Notes: generated from the sequence alone by a model not told the origin. 64,000 nucleotides of DNA from Planctomycetota bacterium (GCA_020638635.1 JACKIE010000003.1:68362-132361); one strand, 5' to 3'. Numbered from the stretch's first letter, positions 1 to 9,815 are shown. Numbers and translations: made by a program.

Positions 1-296
1 ACGCGGCCGTGGACTGGCTTGCGATGCAAGGCGTTGAGGAGTTCATCGCGACGGGCGAGATCGCCAGGTTCGCGATCGCGGAAGCCGAGGCAGAGGCAGA
101 GTCCGAAGAGGAAGAGGACGAAGACCTCGAAGAGGAAGAAGAGGAAGAAGCGGAAGAAGAAGCCGAGGAAGAAGAAGTCGAAGAGGAAGAGGAGGAGGAA
201 GAAGAGGAGGAAGGGGAAGAAGAGGAAGAGGAAGAGGAAGAAGAAGAGGAAGAAGAAGACGAGGAGTTCGACGGCGACGAGGACGACGAGGAATAG
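1..296 (+). CDS. 3' end of a CDS entering from upstream of the window; extremely acidic Glu/Asp-rich C-terminal tail
   Basis: The frame is open from the window edge to TAG 294-296. The tail ...AEAEAESEEEEDEDLEEEEEEE... is encoded by low-complexity GAA/GAG/GAC DNA (about 90-290). Confidence 0.45.
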   Translation, partial: AAVDWLAMQGVEEFIATGEIARFAIAEAEAEAESEEEEDEDLEEEEEEEAEEEAEEEEVEEEEEEEEEEEGEEEEEEEEEEEEEEDEEFDGDEDDEE

Positions 297-336
297 CCCG
301 CAACACGCGCTCGTTCACTGAACGCGTAGCCACCCG

Positions 337-379
337 GGGGTCAGGCCTTGTTTTCAAGACGAAAACAGGGCCTGACCCC
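337..379 (+). terminator. Long GC-rich hairpin after the acidic-tail CDS
   Basis: GGGGTCAGGCCTTGTTTTC-aaga-CGAAAACAGGGCCTGACCCC has arms of about 19 bp with one mismatch. No clear T-tract follows. Confidence 0.5.
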
Positions 380-408
380 TTCCATGCTTACCACAGTACA
401 ATCCGCCG

Positions 409-3400
409 ATGCCCGACGCGCGCGAACAACTGCTTGAAGCGGCGGCCCGCCATGCCGCGGGCAGGGCGCTGGTCGGGGGCCTCAGCGGCTGCGCTTTCAG
501 CATCATGGTCGCCGCGCGTGCGCGGCAAAGCGGCGGACTGCTGCTGTGCCTGACTCCCGGCCCCGAAACCGCAGAGGACATAGCGCTGGACCTCGAGGCC
601 CTGACACCCGGCCTGCAGGCTCTGGTCGCCCCCGTGATGGACGAGCACAATCCCGACAAGCAGGCGATCTGGGTCGGCCTGTTGTCGAAGCTGACGCACC
701 TGGACGGCCCGGCCGTGCTGCTGGCGCCGGCGGCGGCGCTGATCGAGGCGCTGCCCGCGCCCGCCGAGATCAAGGCCGGCAACCTGCGCCTCAAGCCCGG
801 CGCGAAGCTGAAGCTGGAACAGCTGTTCCAGCAGCTGATGGACGCCGGCCTGCAAAGAGTCGAGCAAGTGGAAAGCAGCGGCCAGTTCGCGCGGCGCGGC
901 GGCATCGTGGACATCTTCCCGCCCAGCATGGGCAACCCCGTGCGCCTCGAGTTGTTCGGCGACGAGATCGAAAGCGTGCGCGCCTTCGACGTCGAAACCC
1001 AGCGCAGCTTCGAATCCCTGCCCGACGGCGCTGCCTTCCCGCTGGTGCCCGTGGAGGGCGGCCGCGACGCCATGCTGCTGGACCACCTGCCGAAGCACAC
1101 CGTCATAGCGCTCGAGCCCGCACTGGTAGCTGAGCGCCTGCGCACCCTGGCCAGCTTCAGTGAAGACCCCGCGCGGCACAAGCGCATCGAGCGCGCCCAT
1201 CAGCTTGTCGCCGGCGCCGACGCCCTGACGCACGAAGACACCGAGACGAAACTCGAATGCGCCCGCCCCGTCAGCCTGGGCGAAGGCTACGAGGGCGTGG
1301 CGACGCTGCTGAAGCCCCTGCAGGATGCAGGCCTGACCTGCCTGTTGTTCTGCGGCGCCGAGGCCGAGATGCGCCCCGCCCGCGAAGGCCTTGAGGGCCA
1401 CGGCGTGAAGCCGTCGGCCAGCCTGCACCTGCTGACCGGCGACGTCGAGGGCGGCCGCGCGCTGCCGAGCCTCGGCTTTGCCGTGCTTAGCCTGCATGAG
1501 CTGCTGGGCCGCGCGCGCCGCCGCCTGCACTATGAACAGGCCGAGCGCCGCGACATGGGCGAGCTGCTGGACGAGTTCATCGACCTCGAGCCCGGCGATT
1601 ACGTGGTCCACCTGCAGCACGGCATCGCGCGCTTCAGAGGCATGGAGACGCTGCAGCGCGAGGGCAAACCCGGCGAGTTCCTGGGCCTTGAATTCGCCGA
1701 CAACGTGGTGCTGCACGTACCCGCCACCAACGCTGACGTTGTTCAGAAGTACATCGGAATGCGCGGCATGGTGCCGCAGCTCAGCAAGCTCAACACCCAG
1801 GCCTGGTCTGAGCGCAAGCTGCGCGCCCAGCACAGCGTGCTCAAGCTGGCCGCGGAGATGCTGGAAGTGCAGGCCGTCCGCGCCCACGAGGCCGGCCACG
1901 CCTGCGCGCCCGACAGCTCCGAGATGGCCGAGTACGAGGCCGCCTGCCCCTTCCGCGACACGCCCGACCAGGCCACCAGCAGCGTTGCCATCAAGCGCGA
2001 CATGGAATCGCGCAAGCCGATGGACCGCCTGCTGTGCGGAGACGTCGGCTACGGCAAGACCGAGCTCGCGATGCGCGCGGCCTTCAAGATGGTGCTGGAA
2101 GGACGCCAGGTGGCGATCCTGGTGCCCACAACCGTGCTGGCCCAGCAGCACTACCTGACCTTCAGCGAGCGCATGCACAGCTTTCCCGTCGTGGTGGACC
2201 TGCTGTCGCGCTTCCGCACCGCGGGCCAGCAGCGCAAGACCATCGAGGCCCTGGCCGAGGGCAAGGTGGACATTGTGATCGGAACTCACCGGTTGCTCAG
2301 CCAGGACGTGCAGTTCAAGAACCTGGGGCTGGTGGTGATCGACGAAGAACAGCGCTTCGGCGTCGAGCACAAGGAGCGCCTCAAGCAAATGCGCCGCACC
2401 GTGGACCTGCTGACGCTGTCCGCCACCCCCATCCCGCGCACCCTGCACCAGGCGCTGCTGGGCCTGCGCGACATCAGCAACCTCACCACCCCGCCGGCCG
2501 CGCGCCTTGCGGTGCTGACGCGCCTGATGCACTGGAACGACCGCGAGCTGGCCGATGCCATCCAGCACGAGCTCGCGCGCGACGGCCAGGTGTTCTTCGT
2601 GCACAACCGGGTCTATGACATCGAGCTGGTGGCCGAGCGCGTGCAGCGCCTGGCCCCCGGTGCCCGCGTCGAGATCGGCCACGGGCAGATGCCCGAGGGG
2701 CAGCTCGAGGACGTGATGCTGCGCTTCATGAACCGCGAAGTGGACGTGCTGGTGTGCACCACCATCATCGAGAGCGGCATCGACGTTCGCAACGCCAACA
2801 CCATCATCATCGACCAGGCCCAGAACTACGGGCTTTCCGACCTGCACCAGCTTCGCGGGCGCGTGGGTCGCTACCACAACCAGGCCTTCTGCTACCTGCT
2901 GGTACCCGACGACGTGAGCCTGAGTGAAATCGCCGCCAAGCGCCTGAAAGCGATCCTGCAGTACTCGGCGCTGGGCAGCGGGTTCAAGATCGCCATGCGC
3001 GACCTTGAGCTGCGCGGCGCCGGCAACCTGTTAGGCCCGGAGCAGTCGGGCCACATCGCGACCATCGGCTATGACCTGTACTGCCGCATGCTGGACCGCG
3101 CGGTGCGCAAGATGAAGCACCAGCCCGTGCCGCCCGAGGTGGACACTCAGCTCGACCTCGGCCTCGATTTCCGTATCCCGCGCGGCTACATCGCCTCGGC
3201 CAAGCAGCGCCTCGAGATTTACCGGCGCCTGGCGCGCGTCAGCGACGACAAGCAGGCCGAGCAGATCGCCGCCGAGATCAAGGACCGCTTCGGCGCTCCG
3301 CCCCGCGAGTTCGAGCTGCTGGTGCAGGCGGCACTGGTGCGCGCGCGCCTGTCGCGGCTCGGCATCGTGAGCCTGACCCGCGCCGAGGATCACCTGAAGC

Positions 3401-3615
3401 TGCGGGCGCTGTCAGCGCCGCAAAGCCAGCGTAAGCTGGCGCTCGCCAGTAAGTCGTTCCGCGTGCTTGATGAGACCACGCTGGCGCTGCCGCTTCGCAA
3501 GGGGCTCGAGCAGCCGCTTGACCAACTGCGCTTCCTGTCGAACCTGCTGTCGGCGCTCGCCCGCCAAGGAGTGTTCAACCAGGAAGCGGAGCCCGTAACG
3601 GCGGAGACAAACTAG
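409..3615 (+). CDS. mfd: Transcription-repair coupling factor
   Basis: 1068 aa. Superfamily-2 helicase motifs: DRLLCGDVGYGKTELAMRAAF, VIDEEQRFGV, LTLSATPIPRTL, HQLRGRVGR. N-terminal UvrB-homology-like region and a C-terminal TRCF domain. Confidence 0.95.
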   Translation: MPDAREQLLEAAARHAAGRALVGGLSGCAFSIMVAARARQSGGLLLCLTPGPETAEDIALDLEALTPGLQALVAPVMDEHNPDKQAIWVGLLSKLTHLDGPAVLLAPAAALIEALPAPAEIKAGNLRLKPGAKLKLEQLFQQLMDAGLQRVEQVESSGQFARRGGIVDIFPPSMGNPVRLELFGDEIESVRAFDVETQRSFESLPDGAAFPLVPVEGGRDAMLLDHLPKHTVIALEPALVAERLRTLASFSEDPARHKRIERAHQLVAGADALTHEDTETKLECARPVSLGEGYEGVATLLKPLQDAGLTCLLFCGAEAEMRPAREGLEGHGVKPSASLHLLTGDVEGGRALPSLGFAVLSLHELLGRARRRLHYEQAERRDMGELLDEFIDLEPGDYVVHLQHGIARFRGMETLQREGKPGEFLGLEFADNVVLHVPATNADVVQKYIGMRGMVPQLSKLNTQAWSERKLRAQHSVLKLAAEMLEVQAVRAHEAGHACAPDSSEMAEYEAACPFRDTPDQATSSVAIKRDMESRKPMDRLLCGDVGYGKTELAMRAAFKMVLEGRQVAILVPTTVLAQQHYLTFSERMHSFPVVVDLLSRFRTAGQQRKTIEALAEGKVDIVIGTHRLLSQDVQFKNLGLVVIDEEQRFGVEHKERLKQMRRTVDLLTLSATPIPRTLHQALLGLRDISNLTTPPAARLAVLTRLMHWNDRELADAIQHELARDGQVFFVHNRVYDIELVAERVQRLAPGARVEIGHGQMPEGQLEDVMLRFMNREVDVLVCTTIIESGIDVRNANTIIIDQAQNYGLSDLHQLRGRVGRYHNQAFCYLLVPDDVSLSEIAAKRLKAILQYSALGSGFKIAMRDLELRGAGNLLGPEQSGHIATIGYDLYCRMLDRAVRKMKHQPVPPEVDTQLDLGLDFRIPRGYIASAKQRLEIYRRLARVSDDKQAEQIAAEIKDRFGAPPREFELLVQAALVRARLSRLGIVSLTRAEDHLKLRALSAPQSQRKLALASKSFRVLDETTLALPLRKGLEQPLDQLRFLSNLLSALARQGVFNQEAEPVTAETN

Positions 3616-3675
3616 CGCAACGGCAACGCAAACCACACTTGCCCCGCGCCGGAACTCATCGCAAGCTGCCCCACC

Positions 3676-4803
3676 ATGAAACGACTCCTGACAGCGCTGA
3701 TCGCCCTCTGCCTGCTTGGCGGCGTCGTGATTGCCAACGGCGAGCGCGCCGACGGCGCCAACGAGATCCTCGCCGTGGTCAACGGCCAGGCCATCACCTA
3801 TCAGGAGATCGTCGGCGACTCCGACATGCAGACCGAGATCAGTACCACCCGCGCCTCCCAGCGGGTTCCGGCCACCGTTTCCGACAAGGAAATCGAGAAG
3901 CAACTGGTCTCCCAGCGCCTGATCAGTTACGTGCTGCAGAAACTGCTCGACGCCGAGGCCGATCGCGTGCAGCTCAAGATCAGCGATTCGCAGATGCGCG
4001 CCGTGCTGATGCGCGAACGTAAGTACATCGGCCTCGCTGACTCCGACGTCCGCGGATGGGCAAGCTACCTCAAGGAGAAGTACAACCTGACGCCCGGCGA
4101 GTATCGCGAGCGCCGCCGCGGAGAGATCCGACGCAACGAAGTGATGAACTACATGGCCGGCGCCTACGGACCGCTGCCGCCTCAGTTCCCGCTGGAGATC
4201 TACTTCTCGATGTCCGTCTCCCCAGCCGACCTGCGGGAGGAATTCGCCCGCGAAGCCGACCAGTGGCGAATCGCCCGCAACATCGACTATCGGCGATTCC
4301 GCCTGCTGTACCCGTCGGAGACCTCGCTGGATGCGGTGCGAAAGCTGCAGAATGCGGTGATCATGGGCGACACCAGCGTGCTTGCGCGCGTGCAGAAGAA
4401 TGAGTCGCTGGAGAACGCGTCGGAGGGCCTGATCAAGCTGATCGAGGACCTTGCCCTGCCGGGAGTAAAGCTTGAGCTTGGAGATCGCACGACAGCCAGG
4501 GACGACAGCGAGCTTGACGTGCGGACCTACCAGATGGCCCTGTCGGTTCCCGCTACCGGCGGGATCAGCGACCCCGGCTATGCTGAAGACGAGGACGCGG
4601 ACGGTCAGAAACTGATCGGCATGCAGTTCGTGCAGCTCTATTCACGCGAAGACGGAGACCGGCGGGACTTCGAAAGCCCCAAGGTTCAGGAAGGTCTGCG
4701 CGTCACCATCGAGAACCAGCGCTTCGTGCAGAACCGCTCGAAAGTCGAGCAGGCGCTGCTGAAGCGCGCGGCGATCGTTCCCGAGAAGCTGTTCGTGCGC
4801 TGA
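3676..4803 (+). CDS. Secreted SurA N-terminal-domain-like chaperone (no obvious PPIase domain)
   Basis: Signal peptide MKRLLTALIALCLLGGVVIANG. The stretch ILAVVNGQAITYQEIVGD is typical of the SurA_N/PpiD-type N-terminus. Its position after mfd is common for this family. Confidence 0.55.
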   Translation: MKRLLTALIALCLLGGVVIANGERADGANEILAVVNGQAITYQEIVGDSDMQTEISTTRASQRVPATVSDKEIEKQLVSQRLISYVLQKLLDAEADRVQLKISDSQMRAVLMRERKYIGLADSDVRGWASYLKEKYNLTPGEYRERRRGEIRRNEVMNYMAGAYGPLPPQFPLEIYFSMSVSPADLREEFAREADQWRIARNIDYRRFRLLYPSETSLDAVRKLQNAVIMGDTSVLARVQKNESLENASEGLIKLIEDLALPGVKLELGDRTTARDDSELDVRTYQMALSVPATGGISDPGYAEDEDADGQKLIGMQFVQLYSREDGDRRDFESPKVQEGLRVTIENQRFVQNRSKVEQALLKRAAIVPEKLFVR

Positions 4804-4879
4804 ACAACGTCAAATTCGCCATGGCGTTACGGGCCCGCATGAGTTAAGTAGCAGCCTCAGCCGCGAGACGGAGCCAGCA

Positions 4880-5149
4880 ATGCCAGCGCCACCCAAACGC
4901 TACAAGGTCGGCGAGATCATGCGCCACACCGGGTTGTCGCGGCAGACCATCCACAACTACACCATGCTGGGGCTGATCCACCCCGTTGAACGCACCGAGG
5001 CCGGACACCGCCTTTACGACGAGTCCGTGTTCGACCGCATCCGCCGCATCGAGCTGCTGAAGATCCACCGCACGCTCAACGAGATCCGCGAGATGCTGGA
5101 AGAGGAAGACCGCAAGGCCGCCGGCGAAGGCCAATCAGCCGCCGGCTAG
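4880..5149 (+). CDS. MerR-family HTH transcriptional regulator (short)
   Basis: YKVGEIMRHTGLSRQTIHNYTMLGLIHPVERTEAGHRLYDESVFDRIRRIELLK matches the MerR N-terminal winged-HTH pattern. Confidence 0.8.
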   Translation: MPAPPKRYKVGEIMRHTGLSRQTIHNYTMLGLIHPVERTEAGHRLYDESVFDRIRRIELLKIHRTLNEIREMLEEEDRKAAGEGQSAAG

Positions 5150-6208
5150 CTCACGCCGGCACGCAGCCAGCACGCGCTCCACGCTGATCGCCTGCATGCA
5201 GCGGTGGTCGATCGGGCATTCCTTCAACTGGCAGGGCCAGCTGTACGGGCTGCAATCCACGGGCTCGCGGATCACCTCCCCGCGCTCGACTTCCGGCAGC
5301 GCCGTGTAGCGCGGGTCGTTGGGGCCCATCACGCACACCACCGGCCGGCCCAGCGCCACCGCAATGTGCCGCGGACCTGTGTCGTTGGTCAGCACCAGCG
5401 CGGCGCGCTCGTACACGCCTTTCATCGCCCCCAGCCCCAGGCCCACCACCGTGGGGTAGTCGCGCCCGGCGGCCTGTCGCACACCCGCGCCCTCGGCCTG
5501 CTCGTTGGGCGCGATGCTCAGCAGCACCTTCGCGCCTTCGTCGGCCAGGGCGTTCAGCACGGCCGCGTAGCGCTCGAAGGGCCACAGTTTGCTGGGGCCG
5601 AAGGCGCCGCCCGGTGCGCAGATCACCAGGGGGCCGCCTGTCAGGCCCTTGTCATCGAGGAAGCGGGCGGCGGCATCCCGGTCGGCGTCGCTGACCGGCA
5701 GGCTGGGGACCAGCTCGCCGGGTGGCAGGCCGATCGCATCCAGCAGCTCCATGAAGTATCGGCCGGTGTACTTGGGCACGAACTTGCCTTCGTCGTCGTG
5801 GTCGCGCTCGCGCCCGGCGTGCAGCAGGAAGCGGCGGCCGTCCTTGAAGTAGCCGACGCGGCGCTTCACGCGGCCCTGCATGAACTGCCAGGCGCTGCTG
5901 AAGCTGTTGGGGAAGATGATGCCGAGGTCGAACTTGCGGCGCCGCAGCTCTGTGGCGAACTTGCTGCCGCCCAGCAGTCCGCGGTGGGCGCCCTTGCGGT
6001 CATAAGCCAGGATTTCGTGAAACCACGAGTTACCCTGCAGCAGCGGCACGCCGATCGGCAGGCACACGAGCGTGAGGCGCTCAGGCCCGAAGTGCGCGGC
6101 CAGGCGTGCGAAGGCGGGCGTGGCCATCACCAGGTCGCCCAGCGCGTTGGGGGCGCGCACGACCACGTTGCGGGAGTCCAGAAGCTCGCGTACCATCGAA
6201 GCGATCAT
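5135..6208 (-). CDS. Glycosyltransferase family 9 (ADP-heptose:LPS heptosyltransferase-like)
   Basis: VVRAPNALGDLVMATPAFARL..., ...LTNDTGPRHIAVALGRPVVCVMGP..., C-terminal CPIDHRCMQAIS. I trimmed the track ORF (5135..6652) to ATG 6208, because the upstream 148 codons are antisense to the neighbouring gene. Confidence 0.8.
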   Translation of the reverse strand: MIASMVRELLDSRNVVVRAPNALGDLVMATPAFARLAAHFGPERLTLVCLPIGVPLLQGNSWFHEILAYDRKGAHRGLLGGSKFATELRRRKFDLGIIFPNSFSSAWQFMQGRVKRRVGYFKDGRRFLLHAGRERDHDDEGKFVPKYTGRYFMELLDAIGLPPGELVPSLPVSDADRDAAARFLDDKGLTGGPLVICAPGGAFGPSKLWPFERYAAVLNALADEGAKVLLSIAPNEQAEGAGVRQAAGRDYPTVVGLGLGAMKGVYERAALVLTNDTGPRHIAVALGRPVVCVMGPNDPRYTALPEVERGEVIREPVDCSPYSWPCQLKECPIDHRCMQAISVERVLAACRRELAGG

Positions 6209-6223
6209 AGCCGAAGGGCGTCC

Positions 6224-8839
6224 GTGCGCATCATCCGGGACGATTTCGACAACCTGGTAGACAGCTTTGGCGCGTCTCGCCGCGTGGCGACGCGGCTGGG
6301 CGCGTTGGCGCGTAAGGGCCTGCATGTCAGCGAGACTCTGCTGGAATTCGCGCTGGATGAGGACGGCAAGCCGCTGAGCAAGCTGCTGCTCGCCAAGGCC
6401 CTGCTGGACGGCGCCGACAAGATGAACGACGCCGCCCTGCAGAAACTGGCCGCCAAGCAGGACGCCGATTTCTTCGACGAAAACCCCGTCGCCCTCCGCA
6501 GCGTGAACGGCGCCCGCGTGCTGTGCCTCGCCGAAGAAGCCGAAGGCGCCGAGCCATCCCCCACCGCGCCCGAACAACCGCTGGCCGTGATGCCCGAAGG
6601 CCGCATCACCTCCGTGATCGACCGCGACGAAGCCCGCAAGCTGCTGAGCCACGACGAAATCTCGCGCCTCAAACTCGAGCTGGTCACCAGCGCCGACGTC
6701 GGCCGCCGCCTCGAGGCCGTGCGCAAGCTGTACCTCACCGAGCTGCCGCCCGACGAAAAGCTGCGTCTGTTTTTAGCCGCCCTGCGCGACCGCGAAGCCG
6801 ACGTGCGCGCCGAGGCCGCCCGCGCGCTCGGCGGCCTGGGGCTTGAGGCCGCGCTGACCGAGAACCTGGCCAAGGCCGCGCGCGGCGCCGTGGACGAGCG
6901 CGTGGTGGCGATCAGCAACCTGGCCCGCGTGCTCGGCAAGCTGGATGCCGCCCAGCGCCAGCTTGGCGTCGGGCTGCTGGTCGAGTTCGTGACGGCCTCC
7001 GAGGCCAAAGAGGTGGTGCAGGGTTCACTCGGTGTGCTGGCCGCGCAGTTGCCCGAGTTGGAGGGCGCGAATGCACTCGCCGCACGCCTGCACAAGCAAC
7101 TGGTCGAGCTGCTGCAGGTGCGTTTCGCCGTGTACGAGGACGCCGCCCGCAAGGTGTACTCCACGCTGTTCAAGGCCGACTGCGACGGCACTTCACGACT
7201 GCTTGTGACCAGCATCGAGGAAGTCAGCCAGCCCGAGCTGCGCTTCTTCATACTCAGCCTGCTGACCGAGCACGACCTGGCGGCTGCCTCCGCCCCGGCC
7301 GTGATCAACCAGCTGATCGACGGGCTGCGCCACGGCTCTGAGCTCGACCGCAACTTCCAGGCCTGTTCCGGCGCGCTGAACCGTTTGGGCGAAAAGGCCG
7401 TGCCCGGCCTGCTGAAGGCGCTGGAGGGCGCCGACGACACCGGGCGAGAGCGCGTGATCGACCTGCTGGGCCACATGCTGCGCGGCGGCGAAAGCACCGA
7501 GTTCCCGCTCAAGAAGGCCAGCGCATCGCGCATCGCCAACGCGCTGCTGGCACTGTACGGCGATGCCAGCCCCGAGGTCTGCACGGCGCTACTCGAAAGC
7601 GGCTTCTACGACCACCCGGCGCTCGACGACAAGGCCCGCCGCAAAGCCGCCGAGTTGATTATCGAGGGCATGCACGAGTTCCGCTTCGAGCGTCAACAGG
7701 AACTCGTGCACGCCGCCCTCGAACGCTGCGGCCGCTTTGCCCTTGAGCCTTTGCGCCTGGCCATGCTGGAGTCGGCCTATGACGTCACGCGCCTGTCGGC
7801 CGCGCGCCTGATGCCGGAAATCGCCGCGCACGTGCCGGACGCGAGCGCCGGGCAGTTGCTGGGGATTCTCGATTCCATCCGCAGCCTGACCGACGCCGAA
7901 GAAACCGACTTCCCCGACCGCGGCGCCCTTTACGTCGCGCTGGGGCGCATCGGCGGCCACGGCAGCGTGCCGGCCGACAAGGCCAACGAGCTCGCGGCCG
8001 TGATGCGCGAGCGCCTGGGCCGCTCAAGCAACGTCTACGACATCCTGGAAGGGCTCGGCTACCTGGCCGCCGGCGAGAACCTGTCGCGCGAGGAACGCCT
8101 CGAGATCGGCTACCTGCTGCTGACCGTGCTCAAGCGCGGGCTGCCCAGCATGTCCGGCCGCATGCGCAAGAATGAGGAAGGCGAAGACGTGCTGCACTTC
8201 GGGCGCGAGACCACGGCCTACACGGACATGATCCCGCGCATCCTGGAGGGGTTGGGGCGCATGATCGAGGCCGAGGCCACGCCGGACGTGCTGTTCGAGC
8301 GCATCGCCGAAGAGCTGATCAAGCTGTGGACCGAGATCACTGACTTCAAGCGGGTGTGGGCGCCGGCGGCCACCATGACGCTGGCCCGCCTGCTGGGCGG
8401 CATCGCGCTGGGCCGCCGCTGCAAGCAGCGCATGGCCGAGGACATCACGGACCTGCTGACCCGCAAACTGGTGCTGCTGCCGGTGATGCAGGTGATCAGC
8501 CGCCTGGTGGTTTCGGGCCTGGCCAGCGAACGCATGGACCTGATCGCCCTGCGCGTGTTCAACGAGCTGGCCAAGCGCCTGAACGAAGAGCCCGGCCCCG
8601 AACCCACGGAGCGCCGCCAGATCCTCGAAACCATGACCGCCATCGCCCAGCGCGCGCGCATCGGCGAGAGCGACAAGGAGATCGAGCACGTGCGCCGCGT
8701 CGTGATCGAGGCCCTGTTCGACGCCCTGCGCGACCGCCTGTTCCAGGCCCGCAACATGCTGGAGCAATTGGCGGCCTCAAACGCTCTCACCGAAACCCAG
8801 CGCGCGGACATCAAGCGTCGATTGAAGCCGGCGAAGTAG
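6224..8839 (+). CDS. HEAT-repeat protein (large, cytoplasmic)
   Basis: Repeated HEAT/PBS-lyase-like helices, e.g. LRDREADVRAEAARALGGLG and VDERVVAISNLARVLGKL. The track ORF starts at 5204, but that part is antisense to the GT9 gene. The start is uncertain: GTG 6224 with GAAGGG upstream, or alternatively GTG 6284 or TTG 6305. Confidence 0.7.
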   Translation: MRIIRDDFDNLVDSFGASRRVATRLGALARKGLHVSETLLEFALDEDGKPLSKLLLAKALLDGADKMNDAALQKLAAKQDADFFDENPVALRSVNGARVLCLAEEAEGAEPSPTAPEQPLAVMPEGRITSVIDRDEARKLLSHDEISRLKLELVTSADVGRRLEAVRKLYLTELPPDEKLRLFLAALRDREADVRAEAARALGGLGLEAALTENLAKAARGAVDERVVAISNLARVLGKLDAAQRQLGVGLLVEFVTASEAKEVVQGSLGVLAAQLPELEGANALAARLHKQLVELLQVRFAVYEDAARKVYSTLFKADCDGTSRLLVTSIEEVSQPELRFFILSLLTEHDLAAASAPAVINQLIDGLRHGSELDRNFQACSGALNRLGEKAVPGLLKALEGADDTGRERVIDLLGHMLRGGESTEFPLKKASASRIANALLALYGDASPEVCTALLESGFYDHPALDDKARRKAAELIIEGMHEFRFERQQELVHAALERCGRFALEPLRLAMLESAYDVTRLSAARLMPEIAAHVPDASAGQLLGILDSIRSLTDAEETDFPDRGALYVALGRIGGHGSVPADKANELAAVMRERLGRSSNVYDILEGLGYLAAGENLSREERLEIGYLLLTVLKRGLPSMSGRMRKNEEGEDVLHFGRETTAYTDMIPRILEGLGRMIEAEATPDVLFERIAEELIKLWTEITDFKRVWAPAATMTLARLLGGIALGRRCKQRMAEDITDLLTRKLVLLPVMQVISRLVVSGLASERMDLIALRVFNELAKRLNEEPGPEPTERRQILETMTAIAQRARIGESDKEIEHVRRVVIEALFDALRDRLFQARNMLEQLAASNALTETQRADIKRRLKPAK

Positions 8840-8861
8840 GGGCGGCCCCACGTGGCCGCCC
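8836..8861. repeat. 26-nt GC-rich palindromic (REP-like) unit containing the TAG stop of the HEAT gene
   Basis: GTAGGGGCGGCCCCACGTGGCCGCCC has stem GGGCGGCC/GGCCGCCC. Related copies lie at 50249-50300 (two inverted units) and 50727-50752 (24/26 identical, reverse orientation). Confidence 0.75.
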
Positions 8862-8867
8862 GCTGCT

Positions 8868-8899
8868 GGTTCGTGGTTCGTGGTTGGTGTTTCGTGGTG
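8868..8899. repeat. Tandem heptamer array (GGTTCGT)n; left arm of an inverted array pair
   Basis: GGTTCGT GGTTCGT GGTTGGT GTTTCGT GGTGA. It shares the core TTCGTGG/CCACGAA with 9866-9906, in opposite orientation. Confidence 0.8.
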
Positions 8900-9077
8900 A
8901 GTAACTGCCTCCCCAACCATCGTAGTTTCAGCGAAGGCGACTGCCTCCCACCTGCCGCCTGCCTCCTGAACGCCCCACCTTTCCACACAACTGACACCCG
9001 CGATTGTCAGCAAACTTTTGATCGCTGCGCTGGTTCGTGTCGCGCTGAAGGCTACCCTTTGCGGCCGGAGAACAACC

Positions 9078-9815
9078 ATGCGCGCCCTTCACTACAAGAT
9101 GATGATCTGCGGCCAGCCGAGCTTCCGCGCCATTGGCGCAACCCTGCCGCAGTTGACCTACGAGCCCGGCATGCAGCGCGGCTTTTTGCTATCGAAGGAG
9201 AGCAACCAGAACCGCGTGAAAGGCCGCTACATCTACACCAAGCTGGGCAAGCTGGTGCGCATCGACCCGGAATCGCTGGAGCCCACGGAAGAGGCCACGG
9301 AGTCGCTGGCGGAATGCCGCTTCGAGCTGGACCAGCAGAAGGGCCTGGCGATGGTCGAGCAGCGCCGCGGCGAGCTGAACGCGCTGTATGAAGCGCTGGA
9401 TGCCATCCCCGACGCGAACGTGGAGTTCGAGGATTTGAACCTCAACCTGCTGGACCTGATGTTCGAGGTGCAGGGCGCCTACAAGAAGAACGAAGTGAAG
9501 ACCCTGCGCATCCACGACTACCTGGCGCGCGAGAACATGCTGGCCAACGCCAGTTTCAAGATTCTCGACAGGCAGGAGGGAGACAAGATCGCCGAGAAGT
9601 TCAGCGACCAGCTGGACGCCTTCACGCTGACGCTGAAGCTGCCCGACGGCGCCTGCGCGCTCACCGTAACCCGCAAGGGCACCGTAAGGGCCAGCGACGA
9701 CGCGCCCGACGAGTTGCTGCTGCTGATCAAAGACCTGCTGCCCCGCTTCCACGAAGCCGAAGTAGCCACGGCCGAAGTAGTAGACCCCGTAGCCGCCAAA
9801 CGCAAACGCAAGTAG
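9078..9815 (+). CDS. Hypothetical protein (cargo between the inverted TTCGTGG / CCACGAA arrays)
   Basis: Clean coding-like ORF. ATG 9078 is preceded by GGAGAA. I recognised no family. It ends with a basic tail, AAKRKRK. Confidence 0.55.
   Translation: MRALHYKMMICGQPSFRAIGATLPQLTYEPGMQRGFLLSKESNQNRVKGRYIYTKLGKLVRIDPESLEPTEEATESLAECRFELDQQKGLAMVEQRRGELNALYEALDAIPDANVEFEDLNLNLLDLMFEVQGAYKKNEVKTLRIHDYLARENMLANASFKILDRQEGDKIAEKFSDQLDAFTLTLKLPDGACALTVTRKGTVRASDDAPDELLLLIKDLLPRFHEAEVATAEVVDPVAAKRKRK

Noticed and set aside
43-357. Alternative-frame ORFs over the GAA/GAG repeat (19..321 Lys/Arg-rich; 43..357 minus, Leu/Pro-rich)
   Set aside because: These are low-complexity artefacts of the same trinucleotide-biased DNA. 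Only the acidic frame is continuous with the window edge.
388-2877. 829-aa minus-strand ORF, plus other ORFs overlapping mfd
   Set aside because: It is antisense to a clearly recognisable mfd gene. Its composition is Ala/Gly/Arg/Val-rich and stop-poor, typical of shadow ORFs in high-GC DNA, and I saw no family motifs.
5204-6223. N-terminal 340 codons of the 1211-aa plus-strand ORF
   Set aside because: This part is antisense to the GT9 heptosyltransferase gene and lacks HEAT-like sequence. The real HEAT gene most likely starts after the divergent GT9 start (6208).
8868-8899. Short tandem arrays (also 9866-9906, 18950-19106, 53301-53328, 53727-53747, 55818-55960) as CRISPR arrays
   Set aside because: The period is only 7-10 nt with no unique spacers. 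The arrays occur as inverted pairs and no cas genes are nearby.
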